Positions 1 through 8,500 of a stretch of 64,000 nt of DNA are shown piece after piece. The stretch covers positions 503 to 64,502 of the forward strand of contig JBFIFS010000005.1 of assembly GCA_041602695.1 (NCBI GenBank). The letters are read 5' to 3'. Source of the stretch: Kiritimatiellia bacterium (GTDB lineage Bacteria; Verrucomicrobiota; Kiritimatiellia; UBA8416; JBFIFS01). Numbering within the stretch: the stretch's first letter is position 1; each line of letters begins with the position of its first letter. The notes beneath the pieces were generated by a model, which was not told where the DNA came from, did no database searches, and worked only from the letters and a program-made list of their open reading frames with translations. The translations under genes and the position numbers were made by a program.

Positions 1-1162
1 CCGTGCTCAGCCACAGCGGGTTCGTAAGGGCTTTCATCAGGGTCTTCATGTCTGACTTATCGCCGCAGCGCACCATCAGGCAGCCGATTACCGAGAGGAT
101 AATACCAATTCCGGCGATGATCATCGGTGCAAGCACGGCACTCACGCCGTGAATAGGATTCGCCGCACCACTTGAAAGCACTGCGGGCAGGGCTGCTCCG
201 AGCGCTGCAGTGGCAAGGATCGAGCCGCAGTACGATTCGTACAGGTCTGCGCCCATGCCGGCAACATCGCCCACATTGTCGCCCACATTGTCAGCTATCG
301 TGGCAGGGTTCCTGGGATCGTCCTCAGGAATACCAGCTTCGACCTTGCCGACGAGGTCAGCACCAACGTCGGCTGCCTTGGTGTAGATGCCGCCGCCCAC
401 CCTGGCGAACAGAGCCTGCGTCGAAGCACCCATGCCGAATGTAAGCATGGTGGTCGTGATTTCCATATACTTCTGGGACTGCGACATGCCCGGATGGACC
501 AACTCCATCCCGAGGAACTTCAGCCCCTCGCCGCCGGCAGCCATATGTTCTGCCGTGTATACAAGCTTATCAAGGATCCAGTACCAAACGCAGATATCCA
601 CGAGACCAAAGCCCACAACGACAAGGCCCATAACCGCGCCCGAACGGAACGCGACCTGAAGCCCCTTGTTCAGCGATTCCGAAGCGCCCTGCGCTGTCCG
701 GGCAGAGGCATTGGTAGCTGTCTTCATTCCGAGAAAACCGCACAGGCCGGAGAAGAAACCGCCCGTCAGAAAAGCAACCGGCACAAATGGGTTCTGGATA
801 CCTATCTTGGCAAGCACCAGGAATATAATAAAGAGAGCAACGAAGACGATGCTGACAACCTTGTACTGTGAATACAGGTATGCATAGGCCCCTTCACGGA
901 CATGCTTCGCGATTTCCTTCATCTTGTCGGTTCCCTCACTGTCCTTCATCATCGTCTTGTAGAAGAACACCGCAAAGCCGAGAGCAAGAAGTGAAGCGAG
1001 CGGAGCAATCCACCACAGGACATCAGGAGTCAAACCGAATCTGAGAGTTTCAGCAACTGCCTCTACCTCACCGGGCTCGGGTATGGGCGGATCCTGCGAA
1101 AACGCGAAACTAGCTGCAATTACCAACACAACACACGACAACAACATTGCCCTCAGACTCAT
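1..1162 (-). CDS. hppA: Membrane-integral H+/Na+-translocating pyrophosphatase (M-PPase), 5' portion (~387 codons); the gene continues past the left window edge
   Basis: Absent from the supplied ORF track because the frame has no stop inside the window. Hand translation of the reverse strand from ATG (1162-1160) gives MSLRAMLLSCVVLVIAASFAFSQ...WWIAPLASLLALGFAVFFYKTMMKDSEGTDKMKEIAKHVREGAYAYL. At ~240-370 it gives AADVGADLVGKVEAGIPEDDPRNPATIADNVGDNVGDVAGMGADLYESYCGSI, the signature acidic motifs of M-PPases. The frame stays open to base 2. Confidence 0.9.
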   Translation of the reverse strand, partial: MSLRAMLLSCVVLVIAASFAFSQDPPIPEPGEVEAVAETLRFGLTPDVLWWIAPLASLLALGFAVFFYKTMMKDSEGTDKMKEIAKHVREGAYAYLYSQYKVVSIVFVALFIIFLVLAKIGIQNPFVPVAFLTGGFFSGLCGFLGMKTATNASARTAQGASESLNKGLQVAFRSGAVMGLVVVGFGLVDICVWYWILDKLVYTAEHMAAGGEGLKFLGMELVHPGMSQSQKYMEITTTMLTFGMGASTQALFARVGGGIYTKAADVGADLVGKVEAGIPEDDPRNPATIADNVGDNVGDVAGMGADLYESYCGSILATAALGAALPAVLSSGAANPIHGVSAVLAPMIIAGIGIILSVIGCLMVRCGDKSDMKTLMKALTNPLWLST

Positions 1163-1281
1163 CAGTGCTCCTCCCGTACCTGTTCTATGGATTTGTTAAA
1201 ACATTGACGAGACTAGCAAAGAGGCATACGCGATCAATGAAAAACGGGAAATCCCGACAAGAAAAATGAAGCCCTGAGCCG

Positions 1282-2226
1282 CTACTGGATCAGCGCAGCA
1301 AAGTGGGCGGCGGCGGCCGAACCTAAACCGTCCAGCGCATATCCGCCTTCGAGGGTCGACAGTACGCGCCCCTCCCCGTAAGCATCCGCTATTTCGCAGA
1401 CAATCCGCGTCAACTGCGCAAAATCATCGTCAGATAGCTCAAAATTCCCGATGGGATCGCCCTTGCGGGAGTCAAAGCCGGCGGAAATAAGAGAAAGTTC
1501 GGGCCTGAACTCCTTCATTGCCACAGTAAGGTGGTCTTTGAAAGCTCCAACGACCTCTTTGGCACCGGAACCTGGTGGAAACGGGAAGTTCATAGTAGTG
1601 CCCTTCCCCCGGCCTGCCCCAGTCTCCGTGCGCCTGCCAGTACCTGGGTAACACGGCCACTGGTGAGTACTGAAGAAGAAAACCGCCGGATCGGTATAGA
1701 AGATATCCTGCGTGCCGTTTCCGTGGTGCACATCCCAGTCTACAATCAGCGCTTTCTTTACTTTGTGCTTCTTCTGAGCGTACCGCGCCGCTGCCGCGAC
1801 ATTATTGAAAACACAGAACCCCATGCCCTGCTCTGCTGTCGCGTGGTGTCCAGGCGGCCGTACAACACAGAACGCGCGGGCACCTTTTCCGGCCATAACG
1901 AAATCGACGCCGTCGCACACTGCGCCCACGGCATGCATCGCGGCGTCATATGAGTCACGGCTCACATTTGTATCACCTGTCGAAAGAACCTGCCATCCAG
2001 ACTCAATCTCGTTCTTTGCCAGCTCATAGTAATCCTCAATATGCGCGAGAAGGACGTCCTCCTTCTTGCCGGCCCGGGGGGCGATCAGCCTGTAATCATC
2101 CGCTCTAGCCTTCTTCTTTATGGCGCCGAGCACGGCGTCACAGCGCGCCGGACACTCCGGATGAAGAGGTCCCGGATCATGCTTCTTGAATATCGGGTCG
2201 TAAAACAGTGCGACAGGTCTGGTCAT
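1282..2226 (-). CDS. Histone-deacetylase-family Zn hydrolase (AcuC / acetylpolyamine amidohydrolase-like)
   Basis: ORF 1282..2319 with motifs RPPGHHA, DWDVHHGNGTQ, GFDSRKGDP and EGGY, typical of the arginase/deacetylase fold. Start trimmed to ATG 2226 (MTRPVALFYDPIF...); the 31 upstream codons look like read-through of the upstream region. Confidence 0.88.
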   Translation of the reverse strand: MTRPVALFYDPIFKKHDPGPLHPECPARCDAVLGAIKKKARADDYRLIAPRAGKKEDVLLAHIEDYYELAKNEIESGWQVLSTGDTNVSRDSYDAAMHAVGAVCDGVDFVMAGKGARAFCVVRPPGHHATAEQGMGFCVFNNVAAAARYAQKKHKVKKALIVDWDVHHGNGTQDIFYTDPAVFFFSTHQWPCYPGTGRRTETGAGRGKGTTMNFPFPPGSGAKEVVGAFKDHLTVAMKEFRPELSLISAGFDSRKGDPIGNFELSDDDFAQLTRIVCEIADAYGEGRVLSTLEGGYALDGLGSAAAAHFAALIQ

Positions 2227-2376
2227 TGTCACTCCAATGCTAATGTGGAATCTTAAACAATCCCGGAGTGACCGGACAAGGAATATCAGAACCACCCAGT
2301 TTTTGCTTGTTAACTGCAACAGCGCCGAGCTAGTATCCGCTCTGCCTTTGAATTGGTATATCGTTTTGCTTTTCGT

Positions 2377-2470
2377 GGAGAGGTGGCTGAGTGGTTTAAA
2401 GCAACGGTTTGCTAAACCGTCGTACCGGTGAATGTCGGTACCGGGGGTTCAAATCCCCCCCTCTCCGCCA
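2377..2470 (+). tRNA. tRNA-Ser (anticodon GCU), class II, CCA encoded
   Basis: Cloverleaf folded by hand: acceptor GGAGAGG/CCTCTCC, 3-bp D stem, anticodon stem ACGGT/ACCGT with loop TTGCTAA, long variable arm GTACCG/CGGTAC, T arm GGGGG-TTCAAAT-CCCCC, discriminator G, CCA. Confidence 0.93.
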
Positions 2471-2634
2471 CGCTTCGCTCTAACGAGCTGTGCGCAGCGC
2501 GGCCATACATTGATCGAAAGACGACAAATACCCGGCATAGCTCCACAGGGATGACGACGGCTTTCGTAACTGGATAAGAAGCCCCTGCTGCCCGGGTTTC
2601 ATCTCGAAGCTTTGGGCAACTGGGAGACATAAGC

Positions 2635-3387
2635 ATGAAAAAAGCAGCCATCATACGAGAACTCAAAGCCCATTTCCCTTACAGCATCTTCTTTACGGCG
2701 GCGGGCATGGTCGTCGCAGGCCTGCTTACATATACTGCACTCCTCGCGGCACCTGAAGCCACAGAGAACATGAGCGGGACAGAGGAGCACCAGGTCGAAC
2801 ATTGCGGGGACCCGGGCCACAGGCACTCAGCACACGGGCAGGGCAGAATTGAATCTGCTTCAGAGATGCTGTTTCATATATTCCACCCGATCCACCTCCT
2901 GCTCAGCGCGATGGCAACTACAGCCATGTTCTTCAAGCACGAGAAGCGTGTCATCAAGGCCGTTATAGTGGGTCTTGCGGGATCACTGGGCGTTTGCGGC
3001 TTCAGCGACATCTTCATCCCCTTCCTTTGCGGCGGAATGCTCGGCGCGGCAGACATGCATTTCCACTGGTGCCTCCTGAAACACCCGCTCATGATACTCC
3101 CCTTCTCAGCACTTGGAGTCACAGCGGGACTGCTTGCGGCCGGCACAGTCCACAGCAGCACAATCATCTCCCACTCGGCACACACTTTCATAAGTTCAAC
3201 CGCGTCTCTTTTCTACCTCATCAGCTTCGGCATAACGGAGTGGTATGCGGGCACGACACTGAGCGTCGTGTTCCTGATAGTGATCGCCGCCGTGACCATT
3301 CCGTGCTGCGTCAGCGATGTCCTGTTCCCGACACTTATCGCGCGTGCTGATGGGGACGACTGCAGCATCTGCGAACACGGTCACTGA
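2635..3387 (+). CDS. Polytopic His/Cys-rich membrane protein, possible metal-ion transporter (function unknown)
   Basis: 250-aa ORF with several hydrophobic helices, a loop EEHQVEHCGDPGHRHSAHGQG and a C-terminal DDCSICEHGH. GGGAGA lies 7 nt upstream of the ATG. No family recognised with certainty. Confidence 0.7.
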   Translation: MKKAAIIRELKAHFPYSIFFTAAGMVVAGLLTYTALLAAPEATENMSGTEEHQVEHCGDPGHRHSAHGQGRIESASEMLFHIFHPIHLLLSAMATTAMFFKHEKRVIKAVIVGLAGSLGVCGFSDIFIPFLCGGMLGAADMHFHWCLLKHPLMILPFSALGVTAGLLAAGTVHSSTIISHSAHTFISSTASLFYLISFGITEWYAGTTLSVVFLIVIAAVTIPCCVSDVLFPTLIARADGDDCSICEHGH

Positions 3388-3429
3388 TTCGAGCTTTGCC
3401 TGGGCCTCCGAGCGAAACCTTTTTTGCAC

Positions 3430-3457
3430 TGGTTACTGCCAGCGCCACAGGTATAAT
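3430..3457 (+). promoter_or_regulatory. Candidate sigma70-type promoter (TGGTTA-16 nt-TATAAT) placing the transcription start at or next to the trpC ATG
   Basis: A perfect TATAAT at 3452-3457 lies only 8 nt before the trpC ATG (3466). There is no Shine-Dalgarno in the 8-nt spacer TCCTGCTT. The -35 is weak. Confidence 0.3.
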
Positions 3458-3465
3458 TCCTGCTT

Positions 3466-4218
3466 ATGACAATCTTGGACAAAATAGCCGAAGAAAGGCG
3501 CCGTGACGTGGAAAAGGCAAAGGCCGCCGTGCCGGAGGGCGACCTCGCGGCGCTTGCCGAAGGGCGAACCTGCCACAGCCTGACCACCGCCCTAAGAAGC
3601 CACAGCGGCAGCGCCGTAGTGGCTGAAATAAAGAAAGCAAGTCCTTCGGCCGGAATCATAAAGGAAACATTTACTCCAGAGGCAATCGCAGAGCAGTACA
3701 TCAGCTGCGGTGCAAAAGGCATATCTGTCCTGACGGAACCGCGTCACTTTATGGGATCCCCGGACCACCTTGCGGCAGTGCGCAGAGTGACGAATCTGCC
3801 AATACTGCGCAAAGACTTCATGGTAGATACCTACCAGGTCCTGGAAGCAGCAGCCTGGGGAGCGGACGTTATACTGATTATAGCAGCGATGGTTGACGAG
3901 GCACTCATGCGTGACCTTTATGACTGCGCGCTTGCCAACCGCCTCGAGGTGCTGGTCGAATCGCACAATGAGGCCGAACTGGAAAGGGCATGCGGTCTGC
4001 CTGAGGCCGTGCTGGGTGTTAATAACCGGGACCTCAAAACGCTCAACACCTCGCTTGAAACATCACGACGCCTGGCCCAGATGATTCCCGGCGACAGGTT
4101 AAGCATGGCGGAAAGCGGGATTTCGACCAGGGAAGAGATCAGCGAACTGGCCGCCCTGGGATATGACGGGTTCCTTATCGGAGAGTCGCTGCTTAACGGA
4201 AAGCTGACCCTCGACTAA
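3466..4218 (+). CDS. trpC: Indole-3-glycerol-phosphate synthase
   Basis: 250 aa with ILDKIAEERRRDV N-terminus, [49 protein letters not shown]: canonical TrpC blocks. Confidence 0.95.
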   Translation: MTILDKIAEERRRDVEKAKAAVPEGDLAALAEGRTCHSLTTALRSHSGSAVVAEIKKASPSAGIIKETFTPEAIAEQYISCGAKGISVLTEPRHFMGSPDHLAAVRRVTNLPILRKDFMVDTYQVLEAAAWGADVILIIAAMVDEALMRDLYDCALANRLEVLVESHNEAELERACGLPEAVLGVNNRDLKTLNTSLETSRRLAQMIPGDRLSMAESGISTREEISELAALGYDGFLIGESLLNGKLTLD

Positions 4219-4316
4219 GCCAGGTTCGAGCGTTTCCTGCGATTTTTCCGAACAATCTTAGCTCTTGCAGAAAGTATCCCAACTGACTATTATCGATTCC
4301 GGAGAATCAAAGGAAT

Positions 4317-5495
4317 ATGGCAAAGAAACCAGTAAGAGTGTTCAAGGCGCAGAGCTCGTCATCCGCTTCCCGCAGGGTATACCAGGATGCAGTCGACTCA
4401 GACAGGGCCGCCATAACCCAGGAAGTCCTGGAAATGCCATCCTCTCACGTAAAGCGTACCGGGAACGTCAAACAGGACCGATACACTTCATTGCTCCACT
4501 GTATTTACGACGCCGTCCTGATAACCGATTCCGCTGGAGCCATCCTCGAAGTAAACGCCCGCGCAGAGCACATTTTCTCCTACAAGGGCGATGAACTCAA
4601 GAGGATGAACGTGACGGATGTAATAGCCGGCGCGGACGAAGAGCTTCTTCGCGTACTGCATGAGAACATAAGCGAGAGCCGATTCACTCTTCTCGAGGCA
4701 GTATGCGCGCGCTCGGATGATTCCCGTTTCCACGCGGAAATCGTGGCTAACAGAATCAGCATAACGGACTCACAGAACCTGTGCTTCTTCATCCGCGACG
4801 TAACCGACCGCAAAGAAGCGGAAGCCCAGCTTCAGGAAGCAAACGAAATGGTCCTTGAGTCGGAACGACTCCAGTCCCGACTGGACACCCTCGCCACACT
4901 TTACCATGAACTGAACAATCCCATGCAGATCATGATGTGCATGGCCGAACTGGACGCGAACCCCGAGTATCGGAAGCAGCTGAATCGAATAATGGCAATA
5001 CTTGAACAGCTGCGCAGCGCTGAACCCATGGATGCCATAGTGGACCAGGACGGCGTTTCGCGTTACGAGATCGAACAGCCCGAAATCCTCGAAGACGCCA
5101 ACCCGCAGAGAATACTTATAGTAGACGACGAGGATATGCTGCGGCGCATGTTTGAAGCATCTATCTCACAGTCTATCCCGTACCTCCAGATTGACGCCGT
5201 GAGCAGCGGCGCTGAGGCCATCGAGCTGTACAAACAGCATCACCATTCACTGGTAGTAACCGATGTAGCTATGCCTGGCATGTCCGGGGAAGAAGCGTTC
5301 GCAATGATCACCGCCATTTCTGAATCAAGCAGGTGGGCGATGCCGAGATTCATCTTCTGCACCGGCTTCGTAATATCAGAAAACCTACAGTCAATAATTG
5401 GTGACGGCTCCCTGCACACATGCCTGCAAAAACCTCTCTCGATGAGCGATCTTTTAAGTGAGGTTCAAAGCAGGCTTGCGGGTGTACCTGAATAG
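4317..5495 (+). CDS. PAS - DHp (HisKA-like H-box, no ATPase domain) - response-regulator receiver protein
   Basis: 392 aa. PAS block IYDAVLITDSAGAILEVNARAEHIFSYKGDEL...FFIRDVTDRKEAEAQL. H-box-like LATLYHELNNPMQIMMCMAEL. Receiver ILIVDDEDMLRRMF...LVVTDVAMPGMSGEEAF...K. No N/G1/G2 ATP-binding boxes lie between the H-box and the receiver. Confidence 0.8.
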   Translation: MAKKPVRVFKAQSSSSASRRVYQDAVDSDRAAITQEVLEMPSSHVKRTGNVKQDRYTSLLHCIYDAVLITDSAGAILEVNARAEHIFSYKGDELKRMNVTDVIAGADEELLRVLHENISESRFTLLEAVCARSDDSRFHAEIVANRISITDSQNLCFFIRDVTDRKEAEAQLQEANEMVLESERLQSRLDTLATLYHELNNPMQIMMCMAELDANPEYRKQLNRIMAILEQLRSAEPMDAIVDQDGVSRYEIEQPEILEDANPQRILIVDDEDMLRRMFEASISQSIPYLQIDAVSSGAEAIELYKQHHHSLVVTDVAMPGMSGEEAFAMITAISESSRWAMPRFIFCTGFVISENLQSIIGDGSLHTCLQKPLSMSDLLSEVQSRLAGVPE

Positions 5496-5548
5496 GCGCC
5501 CTGCTCTCCTGGCAAGCGGCCGGCAATAATCTTGCAACAAGGACAATA

Positions 5549-8500
5549 ATGACTGATCCCGACAAAACACTTGCTTTGATGGTTACTTCAGGAGCCGACG
5601 AAGGCAAGGTCTTCGTCCTCGTCGAAGGGTTTCTCGGCACCGGAACAGCGAGCGCTTACGATCTTACAGATGCTTCCGTCGCCGACATGCATGCCCGCAT
5701 AACACTTCGGCGCGGCGTATGGCACATAACCGATCTCACGACCGCCCCTGACATCAGGGTCAACAACTCCGTCGTCAAATCCCGTCGAATCCAGCACGGG
5801 GATGTGATCCGCATAGGCAGCACGGAAATGCAGGTAGTTGCAGTCGAGGACGCACCCGACTCCCCCAGTAATATCGAGAGCAAACCCAAGGCCCCGACAA
5901 CTGAAGACAAGCCGGCATCCCAGACAATGCAGATATCGGTCAATGCTGATGCCGAAGGATGGACCCCCGGCAAGCCGAAGCCGAAGCCCGCACCGAAGGT
6001 CAGCAAGGAACTCAAAACCGAGCATCGCGCGGCGGGCGCGCATCCCGTGCGTGAAATCAGGACGGCCGGAGCTTCATCTTACTCGAGACGCAGACCTGCG
6101 CCCCAGCCTGCGGATACGGGCGGATCCAAGGCCATGCTCTACACGCTGCTCATAGCAATAATACTTCTTCCCCTGGTAATAGGCGGCATCATGGTCGGAA
6201 ACAAGAGAAGCGCGACGCGCGCCCTGTCTCAGGCACTCAATGAAGCCCAGTCCTTCGAATCAAGGCATCCAGACCGTCAAGCCGAGATCATTGAGATGTA
6301 TCGCCGTGTGGAGATGATGGCAACCGGCTCAAATGAACATACGGCCCAACTGGCAAGAGAACGAATCCGGAAGCTCGAATCGGATTCCGTCAACCAGAAC
6401 GAGGCGCTGGCAAACGCCCTCGAAGCCCTGGATTCACGCGCTGGGCAGCTGGCTGACGAAGGGCGGCCCGAGGAGGCCGCAAATGTCTACGAAGAATATC
6501 AGGGCGGACTTCGTGAAGAAATACTGTCGGCTAGGGCTCAACGAATACGGTCGCTCCGGTCACTGCCGACTGCCACACCCACACCTGCCGTCACGACACC
6601 CGAACCTGAACCAGTCGCGTCTGCCACACCCTCCCGCACTCCACCGCCGCCACCGAGCGCTGACCTGAAGACAGCCGAGATGAAGGTACAGAAAATTGCA
6701 GCGGCCGCCGTCGACCACATGATTGCGGAAGATGTAGCAGCGGCCATAGAAGAAATCGAAAGGATAACTGGCGACGCGGCCCTCTCCGGATACACGCGCG
6801 CCGCGGAGGACGCGCTGATTTCACTGAAGCTGCTCCAGACCATAGACCGCACAGCCAAGCTCGACCCGGACAAGGATCCGGCTAACGACCAGGACCAGCG
6901 GCCCTTTGTCAGAGTGATATACAGCCTGAGGAAGAACGACGTATTCGCGGCGCGCTTCCTTGTCTCCGACCTTAAAGGTTCGCTCTTATACGACGAACTC
7001 GCCAAGCGCTCCAAAATGTCGAAGGAAGAGATAGCCAGGGAAACGGCAGTGATGTCTGAGTTCCTCAAGCTGTGGTCGAAATTCACCAAGGCATCAGTCA
7101 GAAAGATACCACGCCCGGAAGAATGTGTTGAGCAGCTGGAGCAGGTTATTGATTCCCGCGACGAAAAATCAGTGAAGGATTTCTGCGATTCCATGACGAA
7201 GCTGCAGAAGGACAACGCAACCAGCAAATTCATTGAACGTTACGAGTCGCTTTTCACCGCCTGTCAGCCCCAATCCCTGGCTGCTGTTGCAGAATCGTCA
7301 CAGGTTTCGGGCATAGGCAATGCTAAAGTGGTCCGGGCGGGCATGCGAAAGATAACGTTTGAGGCCACGAGAACAATCCCTGACCCCAAGGACGGGCGGG
7401 TCGGCATCTTTTCGGAGAAGGAGGTCTTCTTCGACCCGGATGATGACACTGTTGTCGCCGCTGACATCGAACTTCATACAATAGCTGAATACGAGAAGCT
7501 CAATGATCGCCAGGGCACCTTCGAGCTGCCGGCCGCTTATGAGCGGCCAAAGCCGGTCAAGGGCGACAGGATCTTTGTCAGGAGCGGGATAAAGACAGGT
7601 TCGAAGTTCGTCCCTCTTATACGGCAGCAGGCATCCGAGGCCATTTATACCGAGGACTTCGTCTGGAAGCGGCATGGCTCGCGCTGGCACTCTCACGGCG
7701 TCAACCTTCATATGGACGGCAGGATAAAAATCTCCCCCGCTTCAGACACCGGCCGCCCCGCAGGCCGGCCGAACGCGTGGTTCGATATCACACTTACGAA
7801 ACCCACAGTCATCGACATGGTGATAACCCGCGAGAATGAGGCCCCCCTGACAATCATCATTGGTGATGCCCAGTTCGTGCTGGCGGGAAGCGGCAGTCGT
7901 CCAACGGGCGTCTGGAATGCAGGACACCGGGTCAATGACCGCAAGCTGAAAAGCCTTCCTCTTAAGATGCCCATACCTGTCAAGGCTACCTGGACACCAC
8001 TTACGACTTCCCTGCAAATTGGCAGCGAGGTGCTGTCCGCGGCCACGGATACGGCCAGAAACAGGCCTGCCCCTCGCTTAATTGGGTTCCTGAGTCGCGG
8101 ATCGTTTGTAATCAACAAGTTCCAGATCTCTTCGGCTTCCGGCAAAAGCAACGGGAGCGTGGTCGGCGTCAACAAGGCCAAAAGCGCTGTTCTTGTGCCG
8201 CGCGGCGACAGCGAGGAATGGAAGGCGGTCAAAGAAGGAGACGATGTCTTCATAATGAACAAGGGCTCCGGTCAAAGGTGGGCCTCAACGCCTGCCAAGG
8301 TAACACGCTCGGAGGAGAAGTATCTCGTCTGCGCGCTGAGCGCCAGGGCACCCATCAGTTCTTCGACCGCCGCCTCTCTCACCGGGAGCAGCAGCTCGGC
8401 CGCAAGCGCCCTTGCTTCCCCCTTCGCGCTAAGCTCTTCGCGGTGGGCGCCCGAGGTGTTTTTCGGAAAAGCAAAGACAAGCGCAAGCGGCGATATAGCT

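Noticed and set aside
172-887. Plus-strand ORFs of 73-125 aa at the left edge (172-444, 387-659, 494-871, 666-887).
   Set aside because: They overlap the reverse-strand hppA frame, which carries unmistakable M-PPase motifs. The track simply lacks hppA because it is open-ended.
2377-2470. tRNA-Ser, and tRNA-Pro at 16529-16605, as potential integration sites of genomic islands.
   Set aside because: There is no integrase, no recombinase, no phage or IS gene, and no direct repeat of the tRNA 3' end that I could see nearby. The flanking genes are housekeeping.
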